Source of the DNA: Dipteris shenzhenensis
Lineage: Eukaryota
Assembly (NCBI GenBank): GCA_047967505.1
Contig: CM106538.1
Direction: 5' to 3' (one strand)
DNA length: 64,000 bases
Shown: positions 39,310 through 49,951 of the stretch, piece by piece
Layout: each line of letters starts with the position of its first letter
Numbering within the stretch: position 1 is the stretch's first letter
Program-made: the position numbers and the translations under genes
Notes under the pieces: model-generated
Told to the model about the DNA's origin: nothing
Seen by the model: only the letters and a program-made list of their open reading frames with translations
Database searches by the model: none

Positions 39310-40400
39310 CATGGCTTGAGCACCGCGTATTAATACGCGGTGCCAAAGTGTATTATATAAGCTCTTCTCTACAAAGTGCCAAAGTGCCTTCTCTACAAGC
39401 TCGTCACTGGGTAATGCAAAGAGCGGAAGATTTTCTTTGGGAAGATTTTCAATGTTGCTGGAATTTGCAGCGGGTGTGTCATGAACCTGTTCTCTATCCT
39501 CTAGGCCCGGAATGAGATCAATGTGTTCTCTATCCTCTAGGCCCGGAATGAGATCATTGATCAGAAGTAATCCTTGCTCATGTTGAAACATTTCTTAACT
39601 GGAAAGACACTGTTCAAAAGTCCAAGTGGACAAATGGTCGCCTTTGCCCCCAAGCTATGGGTTACTCAACGAGAGTGGACATACAATGCCTGCAACTAAA
39701 AGCAGGTGCATAGATTTTTGCTAATCGTGCTTCTCTCTCCATCACACCTACACACTCTCCATGGAACCGACATATATCTTTGCCTTTTCATGGCTTGAGC
39801 ATCGCGTATTAATACGAGGTGCCAAACTCTCGTATCAAAGCAAGCTGAAATGACTTCCTTGCATGTGAGGAAGTAGTTTATGCTTGAATTATCACTTCTT
39901 CTTAGTTTGAATTATCGCTTCCTCTTTAATTAATTCACTCTTTGAATTGCCACTTCCTCACAAATCACAAAGCTTTTTGATCAAATCTTTGTCTCCAACT
40001 CAACTAGAGCCGTGGAGATAAAATCAAGTACCATGATAACAAGTTTGGAATGAAAACCTTTCAGGCAAGCTCTAAACGCATTTTTTTCATTGGTAGAGCA
40101 CGCATATTGATACGTGGTTGAAAACCTTTTAATCTTGGATTTTTCCAAATGTTCTACCATTTTCTCATGCTACAAAGATTTTATAGTTTGCCTTTTATCA
40201 ATTCTCCATTGAGGTGATTTGTTGGCAAGAATGATGTGTTTTAGGCAATGATTTATTGGCCAGAACATAGCGTATTAATGCACGGTTCCAAACATTATGA
40301 AAATTCCAGATTTGTACTTGAGGAAGGCAAGATTTTAGATGTCATTAAACAAGGCAATTTGCAAGTTTTAGCTCAGTGTATTAATATGCTATGCAAAAGG
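39310..40400. repeat. Dispersed array of a palindromic ~24-bp motif (GCACCGCGTATTAATACGCGGTGC)
   Basis: Perfect 24-bp palindrome at 39320-39343. Degenerate copies with shared flanks (catggcttga...caaa) at ~39799-39822, ~40097-40120, ~40265-40288 and ~40371-40394. Confidence 0.85.
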
Positions 40401-40626
40401 TTGTTCCTCATGCAAATTTAGGAGGGCATATTAGTGTTGTGCTCGTGCTTACTCTTGGAGCCATTTGTTGGGGCTTGGGCAAAAAGGTTAAATTTGGCTT
40501 GCCTTGATATAGCAAATGCTTGAAAAATAACAGATTGATTGTTAGCAAATGCTTGAAAAATAACAGATTGATTGTTTTTTCATCATGGATTGCTTTTTGT
40601 TATTGGCGGATTTCAGTCTTGGAATC

Positions 40627-43600
40627 ATGGTCAAGAAGAGGGTTTTGAAACTTTGTGAAAACAAAAAGCCTCCTCTTGCCACTATTGCAAGGGCACAAAG
40701 AAGGAAAAGAGAGTGGCCCCCAAGTGAGGGATCTGTCCATGACAATGTAGGGAATGAAAGAGAGGTTCTTGAAGTGGATAGTGTTGCAATTCAAGGTATG
40801 GATGAAGAAATTGAGCAGTCACTTCCAAAAGAGGATGAAGAGATAGATGTCGATCTTGCAGAAATGGAGGTGGAGATGGCAAGAGGAGCTGATGTCATTG
40901 GCAGATGTAGACTCCTTGGCTTTGATGAGTGTCCACGAATACCATTGTGTAGGATGATTCCATATGCTCGTGTACATGGTCTGAGGTCTGATGTGGCAAC
41001 ACTTAAAAGTGCTTTTCAGTATGAAGGTTACTTACCTGAAAAAGGGGCTTTCATTGTTTCTCTTTGCACTTCAAATGGGGAGGAAACAAAAGTCACAAAT
41101 GAAGTCTGAGAAACATGGACACCATTGTGGAGGGAAGTTGAAGGTGAATTTGAAAAGGAGCTTACAAGTAAGAAAGAGTGGCAGTTTATGTGTAAGAAGA
41201 TGTTTTATGTATGGGAGGGCAATCATCGTACCATTGCATGGATGCAATTGATTTCTGAGGCCTACATGGAGACTAAGTCAAGACACATTAGGGTGATGTG
41301 CATAGTGATAGACCCTCACCATACTTTAGAGATTGCATTGCTTGCTGGATTGCAAAGAATGAATTTGTAAGTACATTAAAATATTTTATTTGATGCCATG
41401 CACAATTTGATATGGAAACTACTAACTAGAATGCTATTTGAACCTTGTCTATTTGTGCAGATTGAATGAGCATGCTATCATTAAACCTAGTGTACGAGAC
41501 ACTCTTGTTAACACAAACAATATATGTGAGTGTGATGCCACCTTGTTTCTTAGTACTTTGACTAGTGAACAATGTGTAGTCATTGAAAAAGCAAGGACAA
41601 GGGATTCAAAAGGGAAAAAGCAATGGTACCCTTTGACAAGAGGATATCTTGCACGTTTGGTGTTTTAGGTGTGCTCATTTTTATTGTATTCACATTTCTC
41701 ATTGTATTCATTCTTTTCATATAGCAAGATTAGCATTTTTAATTGTATCCATTCACTATTTCTCAAGGGTCTTGATTTTGTAGGTTGAATACACTAGAGA
41801 CCTTACGCAAGCAATAGAACATGTGGGAAAGACAGTTTCTGAAGAGAGGAGGGCAGAGGCTGAGCGTGAAGAGCATACAAGAATTCACAAAAAGTACTCG
41901 GATAAAATGGTAATGGTATGTGACCATCTTTTTCTTGAATGCTATTCATGGCTTTTAATGTGAAATATCTTATCTTTTTGCTTATGCTGAATCATCCTAG
42001 GTGCTCAACATCCTTGATCCTAAACTTGGTGATGTGTGGAAGAAAAAGGTTTTTTCATTGCGCTTTGAAAGTCATGATTCTATTGTTACCTTATCCAAGC
42101 TAAAGTATCTTGCTAATGCGGAGTTGAGAAATGAGAAGAGACTCATGTTGCTATCACTTCTTGATGCCAACAAGAGGATGACAGAGATGTATTTTATGCC
42201 TGCAGGAGATAATGAGTATAGAGGGTAAGTGCTTCATGCCTATCCTATATTTTCCCAGGATGGTATGTGCTTAGTTGGATTTCTTTCTTTGATGTGCTAG
42301 CTTGATTTCTTTCCAAGTAGGTGGTTAACAACGGATACATTCCTTGACAAAGTGGAGATCCAATCATCAATGGCTTTGGAGGATTTATGTGCACTTTGTG
42401 CAATGACCCAACCACTTGATTTGCCGAAAGATTATACACTACAACAATATATAGAGGACATTAAGTTGGAGGGACGAAAGCATATGTTTGCTTCCTTGAG
42501 ATCCAGGGATGGCAAGGCTGAGCTCAAGAGTGGGAGAAGAGGAGATGGAGGAGCACAGAGGAAGGCAAAGCTTGATCAAGCAGCGCAGCGTGTGGTTTTT
42601 AGGTATAGTTTTGAGTTATTTTGTTATGTTGCATTATCTTTGTGAGCACTTTGACACAACATTAAATTGTATGTCATACAATCTTTATGGTATCTCTCCC
42701 ACTTGGTGCAAGAAGGAAAATTGAAAGATCTCCCTAGGCAGTGCAAAGGGTGATTTAGGGTTACCTTGTAGTATCTTTCTAAGAGCTCTGACACAACATT
42801 AAACTGTATGTCTTTAAGGTATCTCTCCCACTTGGAGCAAGAAGGAAAATTGAATGATTTGCCTAGACAGTGCAAAGGGTGGTTGGAGATTGGGAGCCCA
42901 GCAAGTTGCATGTACCCAGGAACCATGCATGCATTGTCTCAATGGGAACTTGCACACTGCCCTTGGTCGATTGACTTCATCGATGGTCAAGTTTTTACAA
43001 GAGAGAGAGATCTCTTCACACAATATTCTACAAGCAAGAAAAGTGAAGATAAGGCCACAAGCAAGATAGACAAGGGGAGTCAAAAGGCTACAACTTCTGT
43101 GCCACCACCGAAGGATGTTCCACCCTAGGATGAAGAAGGTGTTTATTAAATCATTTTGATAAATTTGTTCAGTTGTTATGGAAAGTATTTTTGGTTGCAA
43201 ATTGACCGACTCGATTTACTTGCATAGTTGTTGTAGAGATTCCAGCTCGTGTTGATAAAGACCGTCACGAAAGCATTGGCCAAGACCAAGGTATAATCAT
43301 TTCTCCTTTCATGAAACAATTGCTCTATATACAATAACTCATTGTTATATCATTTTCATTACTGCAAGAAAAGGTTATATTGTTATATTTGTGATATTGT
43401 ATATTACAGGAAGTAGGATGGTTGTGAAAGAGATGATCACTTATGTCTGTCATCGTCCATCACCTATGGATCCCACTGTGTGTCGAGGAGACACATTGCT
43501 TTGCAATTGTTCCATTGGAGATTATATTGCCATGGGCTTGGACTTTGTTGATGGGAAGAAGAATGGTGTTTACACGCAAGCTCATGAATTTTTCTTAGCA

Positions 43601-44420
43601 GTGGCTCAAAAAGAAATAGACTATAGGAGATTTGGCAAGAAGGTGAAGTGGGCTGCAAACTTTATGTTGCTTGACTTCCGACTGGTTTTGAGATTTGTGG
43701 AGATGTTGGCCTCCCGTCATGGAACAAACTCATAGAGGATCACTTGAAGTATGGCATAGCTGTAGCTACAGCGATGTTGGATGATGATGGGTGGTTGGTA
43801 CTCATCTGTCCATTGGTAGGTAAGCTTCTATTTACATCCATTTACTTCCTTCTTTTGCTTTACTTCCATTTAAGACTTCGAGCATGGATGCTCTTTGACA
43901 ATATGGATATTTTGTTTGATCTGTATATGAAGGACCATGTATTACATGGATGGAACGATATGTTCGTGCACAAGGATTGGAGGTGGACCGTCGTGTATTT
44001 GTGCTAGAAAAGCCTCCATATGGTCACATAAATGTACATGAAGGAGAAGATATGTTGGTGAGTTGGGTTCATGAAGTTTCTTCTTATCATTGTATGGTGT
44101 GAGAGATAAAATGTCAATGACATATGTTCCTTCATCTTGCAGATGCAATCCTTCATGCTTGTGTTTGTGAGGCATGTGGGCCATAAACCACCAACATTCC
44201 ATGTGGAGAGTAAACCATTTCGGTGCTCGGCCTCGTTGCAGAAGTCCATCAATTCATGCATCAGGCTGCACTTACAAAGGTGGAGTTGTTTCATGCCTTA
44301 GCTGGTGGTAGAAACCTTGCACGCATGGAGTAGGTGCACAAGAAGGTGGCAAAATCCTAACATGTGTAGAGTGTATGGAGAATGGTAGCAATGTATGGGA
44401 GATGAAAAGAGATCCCTGTC
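40627..44420 (+). pseudogene. Multi-exon gene: ParB/Sulfiredoxin-like N-terminal domain, helical middle region, and C-terminal N6A/N4C (beta-class) DNA methyltransferase-like domain; copy 1
   Basis: ParB-like IPLCRMIP..RVHGL...LKSAF..EGY..G.FIV...MFYVWEGNHRTIAW (WEGNHR 41212-41229). GT-AG introns at 41367-41460, 41669-41783, 41916-42000, 42225-42320, 43820-43932 and 44058-44142 keep the frame. C-terminus: FMLLDF/PTG (43661-43686, across a frameshift), AMLDDDGWLVLI, FMLVFVR, QKS, CTYKGGVV, AGG, CMENGSNVWEMKRDP. Confidence 0.75.
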
Positions 44421-45349
44421 TCAATTTTGGTAATGTTTTGCACATACAATAACAAGGATTTGTGGGTTTGGTATATCAATACCTTTAGTCTTTACAAATG
44501 TTTGAAAGTAAGTAGAGCCAAACAAGTGTGGAGTAGATGAAAGAGACATCGATTTTCATATACATGGAAATAATGAAGATCTTTTGGTTTGGACTAGCTT
44601 CAGTACCTTTGGTATTTCACTCTACTATGCATGAACTTTTTTTCCATTAAAATACTGGATGCATTATGAAATATGCTCCACTACATAAAGCAAGTACGTG
44701 AAAGTGGACTGATGGGATTTGATTGTTTGAGAACTAATTTGGCATCACTTCCTGCCTGGCTTATTTCTTTGCATGGCTTCCTTGCTGTTACTAAATGCTT
44801 TCTCTAATGGCTTACCCCATTTCCATAAATTTAAGGTGCCATGATTAAGGAGACTGTGAAACTCTTCTATTCTCAGATTATTCATGAAAAATGTGTGTGG
44901 CTTTGAAGTACAATACAGTGTCATGCAAAAGCCAAAATAAAAGTTTATTTGTATGCTCATATGATGTTAGGATAGACGGATAAAAGGTTAGGAAAATTGA
45001 AGCTTCTTATGCTCCTTTTATTTGTTGTAAATAAGAAATAGATACATATATAGATAGATTTTGATCATCCATGTGAGAGGTAATACATATGTAGACAGAT
45101 TTCATTCATCCATGTGAGAGGTAATGGATCTTTAGAGGTGCCTATAATGAGAAATAGGATGCTTAGAGCCTAAGAAATGAGTAGCAACTTTCCCTACACC
45201 ACACTTCTGGCCCTTTCATGTTTTCAGGTTGGTTACAATATTCTTTCCCCAATACAATAAATGAATGATTTGGATGGTCTGCTCGCTTTTTTATGCTCGG
45301 TGTAATAGCTCTGCTCGGTTTTTCTTGCTCGCTTTTTGGTAACCCTCTC

Positions 45350-46993
45350 AAGGATGTTCCTGATTGAACCTTTCACCTTCTTGGTGATGGTCCTGGAATA
45401 CTTGTAATGCTAGTTGATGGCTTCCATGTGCGGGTTACATCATTTTCACAAAACCAAATCATTTGGGAGCGCACTCCAATTGGTGTTTGAATCCTCCCAA
45501 AGAATGATAGTGCAACAACTCCATGTCGATTTTCATGATCCTTTATATTGACGAGCTTGTTACATTTTCCTCCTTGTCCAAGATAGCAACGGACTTGGCT
45601 TGTTACAGGAACTCTTCACAATGCCCAATTTGCATCATGCACTTCATATTCTTGCACACTCTTGGAATCATCATTCTCAAAACTCTCTGTTGCAAATTTA
45701 GTACTAGATTTGGGAGACATGGAGTACACAGGGCGATGACTATCATCCTCACATATATCTGAAGGCATTGACTTTGGCCTTTTCCTTCGCACAGTCTTGT
45801 CATCTCCATCATTAAAACATACTTCAGATACAACACCCATTTCCTTTGCAACATTACTTGTTAGGTCAACAACTATTTTGGCACTAATGTCAATCTGAGA
45901 TTTTGAAAATCTTTTTTTTAAGGTCTCTAGACTCGGCCCACTTCCAATGAACTGGCCCTTCAAAAAAGATGTGTATCTAGAGCTTTGTAGAATTGCATTT
46001 GAGAGGTCACTAATAGAGGCATTGTAGAGACCAACATATTTGACATGGTTCAATCCAAGCTTCCAACTACCATGAATGGACTCTGCTATATTTGTTCAAG
46101 ATATCAAGTACTTCTCATTATCTAGCATACTCTACAAACCAAGAATTGCATAGATATTATAATGGCAAAATTGCATTATTAACATGATTTTAAAAAATTC
46201 AAGAGAAATACAAAACCAACCTCTATAATGTAGTGGCCCCAATGGGAAATCCTAGCATGCCACCATGCAAACCAAGTTTCAAGCCGTGGCAAGTCTGAAT
46301 CACTTGCATGGCCTACATTCCACCATGCCCTTAGGCTTCTCATTTCGACTTCTGCAGCTTGCTCTATAGAGGCATCCTTCCAGCATCTACATCAGATTTT
46401 AGATTCCTCTTGGCTGTGCCAACTTTTATACAAGCCTTTGCATGGGAATGAAGACTTTGCTCCCAATGGAAAAGGCAAGACCGCTCTTTCCCTTCCATTA
46501 TATTGTCAAGGCCACCATTGAAAGCACGAGTAAGATTCACACCATCTCTACATTCTGGCATGTAGAGTAACATTTCACAGTAACATCTCTCCAAGCAAAC
46601 TAGTGGACGACCACAATGTATACATGATAACGAGCCATATGATTCAATTGACACATTTGCTGGGGCCACTCTAATTAATCTCCCATTCCATTATGTCTCA
46701 TTCTCTATCCCAATTATTTTTTTATAACCACAAGTTGCATTTATACAGCGGAGGTGACCTCCACATTCCTTTCTACAAACCACACTAGGAAATACTATAT
46801 TTGTTGTAATAGGATCACTCCAAATATGACCATCAAATTTTGACTCCGTACCTTTTGTGCGATGTTTCACTGAAGTAGCTGGTAACTCAAAGAAAACATC
46901 ACCATCATAAGTAGAAGGCAACTCATCCACAGTGACGTGCTTTTCAACCTTCTCATAGGCCTCACGCAATCTATTCTTTATAGGTAGTTGCAT
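45350..46993 (-). mobile_element. Same-family MULE-like transposase pseudogene, copy 2 (internally deleted, SWIM missing)
   Basis: ELPSTYDGDVFFELP...DGHIW...CGGHLRCINATC...NET; MEGKERSCLFHWEQ; WFAWWHARISHWG; intron 46132-46220; TNIAESIH; KYVGLYNASISDL; NWAL; IWFCEN; KVQSGTSL. All except the WFAWW block and the intron are colinear with copy 1. Confidence 0.85.
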
Positions 46994-47919
46994 AATAATG
47001 TCAATGACACTATGTTGTTCGTCATTCTCAATGTTCTTGCCTCATCATTTTTGTTGCAAACAGAGTAGAAATCTTTTTTGTTTTCGTGCAATAGAGTCTT
47101 TTGAAGTTCATTGTCATCAAGCTTGAATATTTCTCCCTTCATGGTGAAATATCACCAAACTGCGCATCAAGGTGAAACATTTTGTATCCATTGTCATGGA
47201 CTTCATATTGCAGCTCCATTGTCAAATCAGACCCATTATCACTGAAGTGCTGATGGATAGATATGGACCCAAGTGTGAATGGAAAATGGCTAGCAAGCAC
47301 CATCTCTAACAACACTCCTCTACCTACGAAAGTACGAACAAACATATGCAAAGATCTATCCTCATTCTGAATTGTGACAAATTCCATTAGAATGGAATGG
47401 TTGAGCTCTGTAACTCAATGAGATGAAGTCCAAAGGGTGAGATCAAGAGCAGAGTATTCATTTCAAGAACTCATTTGAAACAAGATTCTGCCTCAAGAAA
47501 AGTGGCTCACAAATGCTGCCCATTTTTTATACTCACAACTTTATAAGATAGGTCTTGTGAAAGTCGGCACAAGTGTGACAATGGTACTGAACCATGATGT
47601 AAATTTTAGCCATCGTTTGTTAACAACAATACTATAATACCATGGACTCTTAGACCTTTTAATCCTCAATCTTTCTTTGACATGTATGGGAGTTATTGCA
47701 AGCCATTCTCATTAGCAATGACAATTCATAATTGCTACATATTCATTCCGACAATTTGATATAAGGATTCTTAAACTACATAAATCGATTTAGGTATTTT
47801 TAAGTTGATAGATAGATATGAATTATAATTGTGGTGAACAAGAAATGGTTGGTCAACACATCTCTAACCTTTTGAATATAAATTATGATGTTAAAAATAT
47901 GCCCAAATACTATTTTATC

Positions 47920-48768
47920 GATGAAAGGGGTCTATTGGCCTCTATCTTTCATCAATTATTAATGAAAGGTAGAGGCCAATAGACCCCTTTCGTCAACGAA
48001 AGGGGTCTATTGGCCTCTATATTTAATTAATGGTTCATGAAAGGGGTCTACTGGCCTGTATCTTCCATTAACATTTAATAGAAATTATTTTCTCCAAAAG
48101 GGGTCTATTGGCCTCTATCATTAATTAACTATTAATCAAAAAGATATTTCATTGTATTGTCGATAAAAGGGGTCTATTGGGCTCTATTTTTTATAATTTT
48201 CAAAAACAATTATGAAAAATTATAAACCTCACATAGTTAAAGTAATGATGTTTAATTAAATGATCACTTGTCATTGCTGCATTCTCATTAGCAATCAAAT
48301 TCGTATGATAATCATTATAAGTCATGGTTCCTATTAACATCATGGTTTGGTAGCATTTCCATAGCAGTATGTCGTCCTGTCATGGTGAATAAAATAAACG
48401 CATTGATTGTAATGATTTAAAATAATAAAGACGACAAAATACATGAATTTTTGTGTGGTAAGGAGTGCTAGCTACTGATAAAGGGGCAAGGCTAAGTACT
48501 TGGGTCGGTCAAGGACACGCGGTAGTCCCTTGCTAGCAAAGGTGTTCTTTATCATGGATGGGGGATGCCAATTTCTACAAATATCAATCCTAGTATTTGA
48601 GCTTTCCAAATGTGAAAATTAAAGGCCAGTACATCCCTTTCGTCGACGAAAGGGGTCTATTGGCCTTTAATTTTCTTAAGGGCTCTCATGAAAATCAAAG
48701 GCCAATAGACCCCTTTCGTCAACCTTTCATCGATGAAAGGGGTCTTTTGGCCTTTAATTTTCACATTT
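47920..48768. repeat. Array of ~10 copies of GAAAGGGGTCTATTGGCCT in alternating orientations, forming long palindromes
   Basis: 50-bp palindrome at 47970-48019 (24-bp arms, 2-nt centre). Further copies at ~47923, 48039, 48097 and 48165. A second cluster at 48608-48768 includes a palindrome centred on GTCGAC (48642-48647). Confidence 0.92.
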
Positions 48769-49371
48769 TTCCTAAGGCCTCCTCGTCCCCTTGCCTCCCC
48801 CTCCTTTCCTTCTTTCCCTGCAGAGCGACTGCTGCCTTGGAGTTGGAGTTCGTCCCCTTGCCTCCCCTGCCTTGCCTTCTTTCCCTGCACAGCAACTGCT
48901 ACCTTGGAGTTGGAGTTGAGGTATCTTTCTACAGCAACACGATTCCAAGCGGCGACTGCCTCTACTTCTCGTTTGAGTGCCTCCTCTTGCAGGTGATATT
49001 ACTTTTCAGTTTTAATGGAGTCTTTTCTTCTAGCAAACGCTTCCATCCCCCTTCCCCTGTGGGACTATTCGTCTTCCCCCTTGATGGAATTTATGTAGGG
49101 TTCTTTCATTTTAGTGCTGAGTAGTCACGAATTTTTGCATTTCCGCTTGATTCCTGTGCACGAATCAAATTTTCGAGTCCTCGACTCTTTTATACAGTTG
49201 TAGTCTCATAGAAATTCGATTCTTCTGATCGACCTTTTGGATGCTCAAAGCATAGGTTTATATTGTGAATGTTCGTGTGCTTGTGTATTAGTTTTGACCT
49301 GCTGACACTAAAACGTGGATCACAGTAAAATGTGGATAGTGAATCCGTTTGTGTTGGTTGCTTCTCTGATT

Positions 49372-49951
49372 TCAATTGAAGTCTAGCCGAAATGCAAAAC
49401 TAACAACAAAGTTGTCTCTCTGGAGAACTTCAACGATTTCATCCCATAAATTTTCCTTTCTACCTGTCCTCCCAAATTTTGCATCGATGCCACTCCGTAT
49501 TCTTATAAGCTTCAATGTTTTTGGCCGCGTCCAATTCTTGGAGTGCTTCTTGTGCTCCCGCTCCCTCTTGCGTTTGTTGTCCCTTCTGCCTTCACTTTCT
49601 ATTCTAGTCCCACAACTCTTATTGTCGTACAATCTTGGTTCCGAAGAAGCTAGTCCAGGTGCAAAGAATGAAGGCATGGAAGGATTGGAAATTGGAGGAG
49701 CATAGGAAGTGAAGCAGGAAGTGAACTCTTGCATTTTTGCTCCATTTTTGTGGGAGGGAGAATCTCATTTCTAAGTTTGTTCGAATTCTCCGTGGACGAA
49801 CTCTTAGGGAGTTCAGAACGGTAAGCGAAGTCATCCATGTCATGTCTGGAGAGGGGGGGCGCTTGCAGGCCAAGGGAAGGGAAGCAGGGCAAGGGAGGTA
49901 CAGAGGGAAGGGGCAAGGAATGGAGAGGGGAAATCCCTCAGGGGAATACAT
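49372..49951 (-). pseudogene. Trihelix (GT-1-like Myb/SANT) DNA-binding domain gene fragment
   Basis: KKHSKNWTRPKTLKLIRIRSGIDAKFGRTGRKENLWDEIVEVLQR matches the trihelix pattern W...ET..LI..R......F......LW..I...L. The third helix (QC..KW) is absent and the upstream part is frameshifted. Confidence 0.7.

Noticed and set aside
44003-44024. KPPYG read as the methyltransferase catalytic DPPY motif
   Set aside because: It starts with Lys and lies downstream of the motif-VI-like segment. The LLDFPTG position fits motif IV better, so this may be coincidental.
5415-45125. Many small local duplications (e.g. 5415/5533, 11866/11936, 19413/19463, 26187/26264, 39488/39523, 40510/40543, 45055/45096)
   Set aside because: Ordinary slippage or repair duplications, with no sign of function.
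44500-45350. Terminal inverted repeats or TSDs for the transposase-ParB modules
   Set aside because: None could be identified by eye. The outer ends are cut by Copia sequence, so element boundaries remain undefined.
47920-48768. Possible CRISPR-like array
   Set aside because: The repeats alternate in orientation with irregular spacing and no uniform unique spacers. There are no cas genes and the context is eukaryotic.
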